Shown here piece after piece: positions 50,115 to 62,004 of a DNA stretch of 64,000 nucleotides. The stretch is from NCBI GenBank assembly GCA_965153285.1, contig OZ229112.1. The stretch is one strand, 5' to 3'. Numbering within the stretch: the stretch's first letter is position 1; each line of letters opens with the position of its first letter. The notes below the pieces were generated by a model. That model did no database searches. It worked only from the letters and a program-made list of their open reading frames with translations, and was not told the origin of the DNA. Made by a program: the position numbers and the translations under genes. This stretch comes from Podarcis tiliguerta. Lineage: Eukaryota.

Positions 50115-50349
50115 TAGGGGCCTGCAGGGGGGAGAAGCAGAGGTGGAGCTAGCTGCTCTGGCACCCGGAGTGGCGCACATGCTGTGCACCCAGCGGTGGG
50201 GCTAGCTGCCCGCAGGGGCGGAGTGAGTGCCCCAGGGGGGCGCCGCCCACAGTGAGCATCCCAGGGGGGTGGGGCGGTGATGTCACCCTCCCTCAGGGAT
50301 GACATTCGAGGTGGACCACACCCAGCACTCCCCCCTTCCTCTGCCAGTG
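50115..50349. mobile_element. GC-rich hAT-like fragment
   Basis: GC/CpG-rich patch ending in a terminus-like ccccttcctctgccagtg; other end not identified. Confidence 0.4.
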
Positions 50350-50666
50350 GGGAGAAGGGGGTGGTAAAGCTTCCTTCTGTGAAATTCCTTTAATTAATTT
50401 ATCTTTGGATCTAAGCCTATGACTGCCACTTCAATTTTTAACTCACTTTTCTCATTTTTTTTGTCTTTGAAACAATCAAAGAATGCTAAAATATTGCTGA
50501 CAGAAGACAGAATGGTGTGGCAATGGAAGGTACAAATGCACAATATTAATTCTTAGCATTTCTGTAGCACATACTTGAAAATACTTGAAAACATTGTCTA
50601 ATGCTTACAACAATCCCCGCAAGGTAGGACAGTATAATCCTTATAATATAGATCGAGGTGTCATTT

Positions 50667-50762
50667 ACAATTCCCATCATCCCTGACCACTGGTCCTGCT
50701 AGCTAGGGATAATGGGAGTTGTAGGCCAAAAACATCTGGAGGACCGAGGTTGAGGAAGCCTG
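50667..50762. mobile_element. Partial family C MITE
   Basis: acaattcccatcatccctgaccactggtcctgctagctagggataatgggagttgtag, same core as 4602 and 61833. Confidence 0.8.
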
Positions 50763-51739
50763 TCATTAGTTGTACACGACCATTTCACAAGTTCACAGAT
50801 GTAGCAACATCTTCAGTCATAGGACTTCTTGTTCCACAATTTACAGTCTTCATTCACAGCACATCTCACACAAACTGACTTACCGGTATCTAGCAGACAG
50901 CAGAATAAAGGTTTGGGGCTTGATCCTTTAAAAAAATGCACACTAACTACTATGTTCTAAATAATATTGATTGTCCTTTTGCTGCTCTTGTAGTTGTTCG
51001 GGATTTCAACACATTTTGCTTATTACAGTACATGATTCAATCTAAAATGATACCCTCCTGGAAAGAATGCATAACATTTAATACAAGGAGAAAAATGTGA
51101 TATGGTGCTAAACTGAATATGCCCTCTCCTGCACACTGCAGGAATATAAGAATTAAAGGATCCTTGAAATGAGGATGGCCAACATCTTTTCTTTTCAAAA
51201 TTATCATAGAACTGGGAAAATGTGAAATTACTCAAATATTGACACAGAAGAGCAGGATTTTAATATCTGTGTCACAATACTGTAAACTCTTGTTATAATA
51301 TAGACTTGTGATAATGCTGTTTAACTGTTAATTAACTCTTGTTATGTAGCACTGTCTGCTGACATCAGTAATCCACACGCACGATTCTTGCAGCTTAATA
51401 AGTTCCAGAGTAAACTGTGACCGTTATCGGCCCTGTTAAATTAGTTTTAATATACAAACACATAAAAGTGGCAGTTTCTTCGGGCTTGAGAAGGAGAAAA
51501 AAGTGACACAAGCCACTTCATTCTAGTTGAATTTATATCTTTCAGAATATTAAGAGAGACAGCTGGATCGTTACTTGGTGAGCTTTCTAGCTTTTGGAGA
51601 TGATTTAAGAGGCTATTAGAAATATTGAGATGCAATTGTTATTAATAAATCAGAAAAGGGTGGTCTCCTTTGCTTTTGTCACTAGGCAAAATGAGGCTGA
51701 ATTTTCTGCTTCACAAATTTCAGGCCAACTCATTATTAA

Positions 51740-51840
51740 GAAAATATGACAAGGGAGCTGTAAAGTTGGAATATTTAGCCTGATTGATTCTTTGCCCATA
51801 TAAACTGATAAATGGCGCACACTTGTTCTGACAGGTATTG
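51740..51840. promoter_or_regulatory. Candidate PBX-HOX/MEIS enhancer module
   Basis: TGATTGAT (51781), TGATAAATGG (51806) and TGACAG (51829) within 55 bp of repeat-free sequence. Confidence 0.35.
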
Positions 51841-52629
51841 AGGCCCAGGAGAAACAACACTGTTGAGAAGAACACATAAAGGGCTGCCGTAAAAGACTTC
51901 GTACTTCCCAGGTATCTATCCTTCAAGCCAGAGATTGGATCTATTTGCATGTTAGTAGTCTAGAATGCAGAGTCTTACATCACTTTAAACACAATTTGAC
52001 AGCTCTGTCGAATCCCAGGAAAGAAATTTGCAGAGGCCTACAAGACTGCAGTTTTCAGATTGCAAGGAAACTGAATTAGTATCTGACCACTTTCCATTCT
52101 CGTTACAACTGTTGTCATGCAAACCGATTGATAGTGTTCTATTTTCCTATTTGCTACCATTTCTACTCTGTAAGAGGGAGCACACAACATCAATCTGGCA
52201 AATGTTAATAGTTTAAGCTCTAATTTTTCTGTCAGCAGGAGAATTTTTTTTTTCAAAAGTGGAAACTGAGGCCATGTGAAGTTTCTCAGGTAACCAGAAG
52301 ATGCCTACCTTCCTGATAATGCAGAGCAGGGAGAAGACATAGAACAGTGGTCAATATTATATTATTGGAGAGCTGACCATAACCCTCACACCAAGACCTG
52401 AACGATCTCACAATAAAAAGCTGATTTTTTTTTTTAAAAAATGTGCTGAATTCCATAGGGGCTTGATGTAGACACATCAAAGAAGCATTTCCGTTAAACG
52501 CGTTGTAAATCTGGTAGGGGAAAATGGGACTCCACAGAGACATCTGCTGGCACAGTGTTATATCGCATATACAATGCATATAAATCACTTTTTCTTTACC
52601 AATCTAGCTGAGTCCAGGGTTAGTGTAAG

Positions 52630-52745
52630 ACTATAAGAAAAGCTCTGCTGGATCAGACCAATGCATATCTAGTCCAGCATCCTGTTCTCTCAGTGTCTGG
52701 CTAGTTGCACTTGGGAATTCCACAAACAGGACATGAGCAGAATCA
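52630..52745 (-). mobile_element. CR1 3' tail remnant
   Basis: ataagaaaagctctgctggatcagaccaatgcatatctagtccagcatcctgttctctcagtg. Confidence 0.7.
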
Positions 52746-54130
52746 CACTTGTGGTGTGGGCAAAGAACCAGGAGCAGACGGAAAACAGTTGCCTACAAGT
52801 ATTCTGCAAGAACTTGCAAAAAACCATGAATGCTATCCAACCAAGCCATGCCCATTAAAATTAACAGACTGAAGTGCATTGATTTCCATGGGTCAACCCT
52901 AAGTATGTCTGATGTCAGATATCACCCCATGTGCCCAAGTTCATGGAGTGCTGTAAGAAACAGGTGCTATAGAAAGATGTCGAGTTTCACCTTATGCCAC
53001 AGCTTCTGCAAGCTCTTGCAAACAATGGAGGAAGAACAAATTTGGATTTATCTTCACTTTTCTCGTGCAGTGTTAAAGTGTGATGTATAAACAGACAGAG
53101 CTCCAGATCTGTGGGGACCTAGGTAATCTGCAATCAATGAGCCCTTCCATGAGTGCAAGATATGTTCTTCATGCAGAGGGAAACCTTCGGATCAAACTCA
53201 TTATTTGTGTTCATGGACCTATATGAGACTTAAACATGCAACAAACTTTCTCAGTTTCCCTCTTTGTTCTCCCCCTTTTTTATTTTCTGACCTGGTTCAG
53301 ATTTGGGCTAGGGGACGAGGGGAAAAAAGACCATGTTCCTCTTTGTTCCTATTTAAATAATGTAAACAATAACAAGACAGCAACATGCAAAAAATAAGCT
53401 TCTGATTCCCCACCCCCCAGAAGGGTGATGCAAGTAAACAGGTCTCATTCTGCCAAACTATATATTGAAACAATAGGAACAATCTTCATTTTCTGCACTC
53501 AAATGATATAGTTCTTGAAATTCTAAAATGAATGCTAAGAGGCAGGGTTTAGCTCTGAGCAGCACAATATGGTTCTAGAGGCTAAAATAAATGCTGAGAC
53601 ATAGGAGATATTTCTATTTTGTTGTTCTAATCCTGGCTGTAGCACTGCCTCACTTTGCTTTTTATGTTTTCTATTGGCTCCAGATGACCCAGATAGAAAA
53701 TTGAGATACCACAGTAAAGCTCAGAGGAAATGAAAGGTTGCATGTGACCTAACCCTTCTTAGATAAACAATTACAAACTAGGAAGAAAGAGTGATTGTTA
53801 AAGAGACACTACTGGCAGCCTACAATATAAAGGAGGAATTGGATATTTATTTGTTTAATGCGGCAGGTTTCCCTCTCTGATACAGCAAGCTTGATGCAAC
53901 AGCACAGAAAAGTACATTTTTAAAAGAAAGCAATCTGTTCTTTAATTTTACCTTCTTTTATGTTGAGAATGTTTGCTATCTGATCTATTGTGACTAACTG
54001 TATATTCTATTCTATCAAGTAGCAGAGTGAACAGGTGATGGAAACCCATAATGGTGCTTGGAATTGCTAAATGTAAATCTTATATCTTTCTTTTTCATTA
54101 GTTTCCAAGAAAACAGAACCCCTTCTCCCA

Positions 54131-54137
<7 letters not shown>

Positions 54138-54208
<71 letters not shown>

Positions 54209-54227
54209 TGAGTGTGTGTGAGAGAGA
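54138..54227. repeat. Compound (CT)n(GT)n(GA)n microsatellite
   Basis: Direct observation. Confidence 0.95.
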
Positions 54228-54279
54228 TTTATACACAAGTTCTTGGCTTTTCTACCTCTTCTTAGTATCCTGCTACAAG

Positions 54280-54485
54280 TCATGATGACTGGGTATTGCC
54301 TTTAGTAACAGAGGCGGCATGCCTGTGAATATCACTCTCTGGGGAACAACAGCAGGAGACCGAGAAAGCTATTTTCCTCATGCCCTGCTTGTTGGCTTCC
54401 CATAGGCAACAGGCTGGCCGCTGGGGAAAACAGAATGTTGGACTGGATAGGCTGGTAGAGCCAGGAGAGCTCTCCTTATGTTCCC
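54280..54485 (+). mobile_element. CR1 3' UTR remnant
   Basis: ggcttcccataggcaacaggctggccgctggggaaaacagaatgttggactggatag...ctctccttatgttc. Confidence 0.6.
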
Positions 54486-56040
54486 AGTAACAAAAACCCT
54501 GTCGTGCACTTTATTTATTGTTGTAATCAAACTTCAAGAATATTCAAAAGAACTAAGGAGGGAGTGGAGCTGGGCCAGTGAGAAGTGTGGCCTAGGGAGG
54601 GGCGGCGTGGTCTGGGCAGAGGTTCATTGGCCCTTGAGAGTGTCATGCATTTGGTTTCCCAGACCCAAGGTTTCCCCCACCTGCTTTGACAGAAAAGAAA
54701 CAAGGTGTATGTTGTGTTGTATGAATTCTCACACTTCGTACTTCATGCTCTCCGTTTCCCCAGTTTGTCAAAAGCCTGTTGCATCAAGAGTTTTATTAAA
54801 ATAAAGCTCCAAAATGCTAGGACTTCCAATCCACATTTAAGAATAGTATAGGTTAAGCATACCTGAAGTGAGTAATTTGTGAATTGCTTATTTAGTACAA
54901 ATCCATAAGATATAAACTGTCTTTCAGGCAAAAATCTTCCAAAAAACAACCATATGTTTGTGTATAATGTGCCAGACACATAAAAAAAAGGAAGACCAAT
55001 TTCCTGCTATGGAAGTTTTAACACCTTCTGTTGCTGTTGTCCATGAAATGTCTTTCAAATCAATAGTGGTACTTACTACAGGTGTGGGACTGACCACCAG
55101 ATTCAGCTGAACCCCAGCTTGGTGCTTTAACAAACAATCCAGTTGGGCTTAGACCTGTGCTGATAACATTGCTGTACTTATTAGGCAGTATAAATAAATA
55201 ATACCAACAAGCGGTTTTAGAATATACTGTTCAGTCATGAACTTGTCCCTGAATGGGTGTCTGAACCTTTGCTGCTGTAAGTCTTAAATCTCTTTTAACC
55301 CCCCCCCCTCGCCCCACCATCTGAAATACTATGTCAGGGGGATCTTGCACAGAATGTAGTATTGCCAGCCTAATATCAGTGAATGAAATACCTATAGTAG
55401 CTTGAAACATGAATTCTTTGCATGTTTTAGGGTTGGGCATTCAGGGAGAGCTGCCATCAGTTCAATGGATTAAGCCTTTTCATGTATGGAAGTGCAACTG
55501 TGGAAAAAAGTATCATCTGATACCATTCTGTCTGGCATATCTTTTTTTTTTACTGGTGTGTGGCCTCCAATTTATTTGGGATACTCTGTCCCACCTGGAA
55601 ATTTGCATATGGCAGAAAAATTCAATTTTTAATCAAAATTTGTTTCCTCTTTTGCAGGTACGCCAGGGGGCCAATCTACACACAGTATACTTGGCACCTC
55701 TGTGGTCGATTAAGCCTAAATGGCAAACTGATTTACTGAGATACGGAGAAACAGAGCATGTGATGAGAGGAGGGAAGTTTAAGACAGAAGCTAATGTAAC
55801 TCCAAATCATGGTTTGGTGTTACAGGTTAAGCCAAATTAATATGTCTCTTCTTACAATGTGACTATAACATAGAACTCAGTCTGCCTCTCCACAAAGCAA
55901 GCCATTCATGTGTATAAGCTTGCTGCACTGATTCCATGGTCTCTGCATTCCATGGTCTCCTAGAAGCCAGCACCAGAAAATCTGGATACTAAGAAGGAAA
56001 GAAGGTACATGAGGGCCAATCCTCAAACTGAATCAACATA

Positions 56041-56282
56041 CAGTGTGGTGTAGTGGTTAAGAGCGATAGACTCGTAATCTGGGGAACCGGGTTCGCGTCC
56101 GCTCCTCCACATGCAGCTGCTGGGTGACCTTGGGCCAGTCACACTTCTTTGAAGTCTCTCAGCCCCACTCACCTCACAGAGTGTTTGTTGTGGGGGAGGA
56201 AGGGAAAGGAGAATGTTAGCCGCTTTGAGACTCCTTCAGGTAGTGATAAAGTGGGATATCAAATCCAAACTCTTCTTCTTCT
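56041..56282 (+). mobile_element. Young tRNA-derived SINE, Squam3-like, with (CTT)n tail
   Basis: cagtgtggtgtagtggttaagagc head, gggttcgcgtcc B-box-like, L2-type tail ccgctttgagactcc...gggatatcaaatccaaactcttcttcttc. Confidence 0.85.
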
Positions 56283-58180
56283 ACTTGAAACTCCTTAATG
56301 CAAGGAGGAAGGGTTATCATGCTGTGACTATTTCAATAACCTTCCAGTGTCAGCCGTAATGTGAGAAGCAGAAGCGATTTCAGTGATGGCTCATGGACAA
56401 ACTGGGTGGGGCCTGGATTTGAATCTGATGGGACAGTGCAGACAGCTTGCAGCTGCTGCCACACGGAGGCAACTTAAAGTATTCTCTATGTGAGCCACAA
56501 TAAATCCGGACCGCATCTCAAAACCTTAATAAAGAATTACTATATCGAGCTATCTTTGAAGTAAAGGCAAACCCTTTATAAGTTAGGGCTATATGTAGTT
56601 GACCAATTTCTTCAGCAGCCAATTTCTGCTTAAAAGTGCTGGGCTAACAGAAGGCATGCTATTTATTGCATTGCTAACTGGGACGCTGAAGGACTTTTGG
56701 ATACTTTTGAGATATCAAAATATAATTCCGGGACTTCAAAGGTGAGCATTTTGTGCATTGCTGTATATCATCAAAAGGCTTCATTTGGGCTCAGTATAGT
56801 AACTGAGTAATCCATTTGATGTCATCCTCCCCCTTCCTTATTTGAACAGTTTAGGATTGGTCCCCTATTAGGTTGACCTGAGAGACTCAGCTTAAGATAT
56901 GCAAAAGTGCCATCTACTTTTGTCTCCTAGCACAATGGGGTCATAAGGCCAACCATTTCAAAGCCGTTGATGGGATAGAGCTTCAACATAAGCTTCTGTT
57001 AAAATGCAGTGCTTTGTGGACTGTGCTCTGTAATAAGTAGAAGTGTATGTCATGTTTGCAGCAGTAACTGCAGCACATGGGATTCAGATTCGCAGTGTAT
57101 TTTTTTTCAATCCATTACTGAAGAATAATAGAATGGATTGGAACATATTCTCCAGCACCATCACTTCAAGTGTCTATGTACATATTGCTTTCTCCTAATT
57201 AGCCAAGAGCAAAATATATTCAAATCCTAGTTAATGTTATGAGGGAACACAATAACATTTCTTTTAAAAAATCATCACAACAATGTGGTACTTTCAGCCG
57301 TATTTTTTTTATATAAAACCTATTCATCCATAATCTGGCGGTTATTCAAGAGGGAGCCTTTATAGTGAAATCTCTTAGCCTGATGATGCTCATTTGACAC
57401 TAATACTTTCCATTTAAATATGCTTAAATCCCAGAATATTTTTGTATTAGTCTTACTAAATATGACCATCCTGCATGAGCTTAATAAAAGATCTTTCAAA
57501 TGTAGTAAGTAGTATGAACTTTGTCTTTACTAACCTAAAGAAAATACTCTGTCTATAAGGGGATAATAAATCAGAATTTTATTTCTTATTTTTCTTGCAA
57601 GCTATTTTAATTGGTTTTTTTAGGGGGGAGAGCTTAGACTCATATTCCTATGAATATATTCCTTTTGTCTAACACTAGAGGACATAATCTTGGCTTCTAG
57701 TATTTATCTTTCAAAAGGAATTCAATCAGTCTAACCTGCATAGAGAATGTGAAATGATTTAAAAGGGAGGGGTGGGAATTAAATGCAAATTGTATCTATT
57801 TCTTCTGGAAGGCAGTATAGTCATAGACTAGATTCAGTGCAGTACATCATAAAACTGAGCCACAGAGTAACCTCATATAAAATGAAATATTCATTTAATT
57901 GTGGTAAGATAAAAAGCAAAATTGAATGCATTTTATTTCAATATTTGGTCAGATGAAACTAACAAAACAAGAATGCATGTCCTCAAGGCATTGTTTTGAA
58001 AGTTTTGCATTTGTCTTCCTGTTTAAAATATTATGCATACTTTGTCATATTGATAGGCAAAAGAGTGCATGGTGAGGCCTCTGTCTTCTGAGAAATGACT
58101 TCCTGATTCATCCCCTAACCATTGGAGGCCGTAGTCCCAAACTGTTCCCAATCCTTAAACTATGAAGAGAGTTCCTAGGG

Positions 58181-58281
58181 CAGGGGTAGCCATTGTGGTG
58201 TCCTCCATCACCATGCTAGTTGGGGGCAGATGAGAGCTCTAGTCCAACAACATCTGGAGGACAATACATTGGCTATCACAG
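58181..58281. mobile_element. Decayed family C-like MITE
   Basis: caggggtagcca / tggctatcacag termini; TSD tcctaggg / tccaagag (6/8). Confidence 0.5.
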
Positions 58282-59292
58282 TCCAAGAGGTTGTTGATTT
58301 AGACAAAAGATAGTAAGAGGGACTAAACTCCATGTCTTTATTCAAGATAGCTCAGATGTCCTAGGCAGTGCAGCACTTTAGCTAGCAACGCCGCCAGCAG
58401 ATGGAAGCCAGCTGATCTTGAGGGATGCATTTACTCAGGCTGTTGCTGCTGGCTTGTTTCTCTATTCTGGTCTCTGGAGTGCAACCTCAGAGCTAAGGCT
58501 TTTACAAAGCTGAGGTGTTCACATGTTCTGAGGATATCTGCACTCGAATTGCTGATCACAGGTGCTTCTCAGTCCCACCGGTCTACCACTTCTGTCTTTG
58601 GCCTGCTTACCAGGTGAAACACAGTACACTTCACATGGCAGATCCACACTCCTCTTTCCCAACAGCATGGGCACTGCACATGGACCACATCTATTCTTCT
58701 TTTAAATCCCAGCACAGTCAATTCAAATTTCTGGAAGTGCATGTGATATAAACCTCTTGTGGGACTGTGTTGCCTCAGAATGTGCACAAGGGATTCCCTC
58801 TCTGACAGTGCCCACCTGTCCAAGTCTTCCAACAAATAGGCAGGTAAAAACACATTTGAGAGCGAGAGAGCTAGTTCTCAGCCTGGATACCTTTGGGTGA
58901 TATTCTTGTCTGGCTATGGAATGGAATGTGGAAAAATTCAGAAATTAAGTCTAGAATGAGCCATGGCTTCTCAGACTCCAGATTAGCTAGTCCACCTGTG
59001 CCAAAAAAAATGCAATGGTGTTTTGTTTTGTTTTAAACCCACCTGCCTGAGGTAGTCACACTGAATTTAATAAAACCATTCTGTTTGGTAAATGGATTGC
59101 ACAATTCCCCCACCCTGCTATACTATATTATGCGTATACACACATACATACACATATTACCTATCTAGCTAGCTATCCACCCACCCATATATAACACACC
59201 CACCAGGGCTGTGTTAAGAGACTGTTCTACCAGTACAACAACAAAAAAGAATAGACATCAGTCACATTGAGAATTAATTTATGTCTAGCCCC

Positions 59293-59549
59293 AGCTGAGG
59301 CTCCAGTACTTTGGCCACCTCATGAGAAGAGAAGTCTCCCTGGAAAAGACCCTGATGTTGGGAAAGATGGAGGGCACAAGGAGAAGGGGACGACAGAAGA
59401 CGAGATGGTTGGACAGTGTTCTCGAAGCTACTAACATGAGTTTGACCAAACTGCAGGAGGCAGTGGAAGACACGAGTGCCTGGCGTGCTCTGGTCCACGG
59501 GGTCACGAAGAGTCGGACACGACTAAATGACGACAACAACAAAAACAAC
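59293..59549 (+). mobile_element. Bov-B 3' fragment
   Basis: LRLQYFGHLMRREVSLEKTLMLGKMEGTRRRGRQKTRWLDSV...; (CAA)n tail. Confidence 0.92.
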
Positions 59550-59580
59550 CCAAGTGTGTCCCTTTCTTATGTATGGTCGG

Positions 59581-59581
<1 letters not shown>

Positions 59582-59612
<31 letters not shown>
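59582..59612. repeat. (CA)n microsatellite
   Basis: Direct observation. Confidence 0.95.
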
Positions 59613-59614
<2 letters not shown>

Positions 59615-60521
59615 ATGGGTGTATTTATTGAAGGATTTTAAAATTGCTACAGCAACACCTATGTTTCTCTATTTGGATGCTTGGAATCATCAAAGCACAC
59701 CGTTTGTAAATAACTTGATGCAATTCTGACGGAAACCACTTGTGCAGTATTTTAAAATCTAAAACATAATCTTGAAACTGTTAGTCATCCAAATAACTGC
59801 AACATATTCATGCTAAAGTATGGGATACTCCAGTGAACATGGACCTGTCAAATTCAGTCCCAACCCAATGGTGATATCTTGAATTTTCAAGTGAAGCACA
59901 GAAAAAAAACAACTGTTCTAGTTTGGGACAATTACGTAGCTGTGGGTTAACCAAGTGGCTAGTACATCAGCTCTAAGGGCATTTTGAGACATTTTGTCTC
60001 AGAACAAGCTTCATATGCTGTATAACATAATCAGCAGTGTTATAAGTCATTTACTAGTGGTGACTCACAACTTCTAGTGCAGTGAATTACTTGGATCTGT
60101 GCAGCTGGCCTTCATATTAATGCCCTATGCAGCCAGAGGATTTAGGATCCCTCCAGGCTCTGAGCATGTCCCTATGATGTCTTGAGGGATTCACATCCTT
60201 CTGACATCCCCACCCCCTGAGCCTTTTGGCACTAAGCAGGAGTACAACAGGCATCAACATGGTTCCATTCTCTCCCCCCTGTGAGATGTTGGCCTAGGGA
60301 ATCCTCCTTCACCAGCTAACCAATGCCTCAGAGGGCCTGCTGAATCACCAAATATTATGCTACCCCTTTAGCAGAATTCTCCCCACTCCCATTTATTTAT
60401 TTATTTTAATTTATTATTTTAATATTTATTTATTTATTTATTTATTTATTTATTTTGTAAGGCACCCTGAGTAATGGGGTTGCAACAGTAGGGCAAAGTA
60501 CACATTTAAAATCAACACGCC

Positions 60522-60675
60522 CATAGAATAATAGAACTGCAGATAGAACCCAAGGGTCATTCTAGCTCAACTCCCTGCAATGCAGGAATCACAGTTAAAG
60601 CATCCCTGACAGATGGCCATCCAACCTCTGTTGAAAAATCTCAAGTGAAGGAGTGTCCACCACCTTCAGAGAAGT
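60522..60675 (-). mobile_element. CR1 3' end (ATTCTATG-tailed type)
   Basis: catagaataatagaactg...ccctgcaatgcaggaatc...atggccatccaacctctgttgaaaaatctcaagtgaaggag. Confidence 0.7.
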
Positions 60676-60731
60676 CCAAATTCAACTGGACTCCCCTAGC
60701 CATTGGGGGAAACTCCTAAAGGCAGCTGACG

Positions 60732-61220
60732 TGTCCTACTTTGTCCTGTGGAAGGGCAAGCGGTGCTGATTTTCTGTTGCAGAAGCAAGTCAAAAGTGGA
60801 TGCTGGCTTATATTCTGCCCACCTCTCCAGCTCCCACTGTTCAGTTAGCACAAGGCTGATGCTTTCAGGCTGCTGAGGTCCTGCCCTTCCATGGGAGATA
60901 GCCAGCAATGGGATAGCCCATCTGGTCTCGTTATCACCTCTCCTCTGGTCTTCAACATACCTATGTGTGGGGTGTGCGAGGACAGGGCTGGGCAAATCTT
61001 TTAGAATTTGGCATCTTAGGTTAGCCCAACTCATTTGGGAAGTTGAGAGATGGGGCTGTCAAAGTTGTCCAACTTCCTTGCTAAGCAACAAGCTTTCCTC
61101 AGTTTGTGTGTTCAGACTTGGTGGAAGGGAGAAGTGACCTCTGTGCTTGGACATGATGGAAGACAGGAAAACCTGCCTATCTTAGAGGGACATGTTAGGG
61201 CAGGTCAGACTTTCATGACA
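60732..61220 (-). mobile_element. Possible decayed solo LTR
   Basis: Bounded by TGTCC...CATGACA (TG..CA); no TSD seen. Confidence 0.3.
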
Positions 61221-61832
61221 GCATTATCCTCAATAGTAGTTGTACAACAGTACCATCATCACGAAGGGCTAACATACCATACCCATTTTAGGCAATCTTG
61301 CAATGTAGTGCTAGGATTTTATGCGAATGAATCATCTTCATTTTTGCCAAACTTACTCCCACTCTGCAATCAGGTAGGCGCAACAGATCCTGATATGTGG
61401 ATATGTTAATTTTGCAAAACAGCATGATGTATTTTTTTATGTAAATAATAAGCACCTTGCTGGTCCGGGGCTCATTTCAAAGAAAATAAACTTTCTTGAC
61501 TTCTCTGTGCTTCTTAAAATATGCATGTTAGTTGAAACCTTGTCCATGTTGTGATGGCATGCAATGAAGTGTAAAATTAACAAACACACTGCAGTGCAAA
61601 ATCGTGCACCATTCCACTTACTCATAAATCATTTATGTACATGTTTGATAATCCTGTCTCTTACATTTTCATTCAAGATTTCAAGTGAACCAACTTATCT
61701 GCATTCTTTTTCTTTCTTACGCATTTGATTACTGTGAGCTTCACACGTGACACAGATAAAGAAGCAAAATTGCAACATTGGCATACAACCCAGCATTACA
61801 AACACACTATTTAAAAGCAGAATATTGTAAAG

Positions 61833-61968
61833 CAGGCATAGGCAAACTCAGCCCTCCAGATGTTCTGAGACTACAATTCCCATCATCCCTGACCACTGGT
61901 CCTGTTAGCTAGGGATGATGAGAGTTGTAGTTCCAAAACATCTGGAGGGCCGAGTTTGCCTATGTCTG
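61833..61968. mobile_element. Fold-back hAT-like MITE (family C), young copy
   Basis: CAGGCATAGGCAAACTC / GAGTTTGCCTATGTCTG; perfect 8-bp TSD ttgtaaag. Confidence 0.92.
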
Positions 61969-61976
61969 TTGTAAAG

Positions 61977-62004
61977 CATCATCATCATCATCATCATCAT
62001 CATC
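61977..62004. repeat. (CAT)n microsatellite
   Basis: Direct observation. Confidence 0.95.

Noticed and set aside
50115-50349. CpG-island promoter or CTCF site
   Set aside because: Short GC-rich patch ending in a transposon-like terminus; better explained as a hAT fragment. The CTCF-like match is imperfect.
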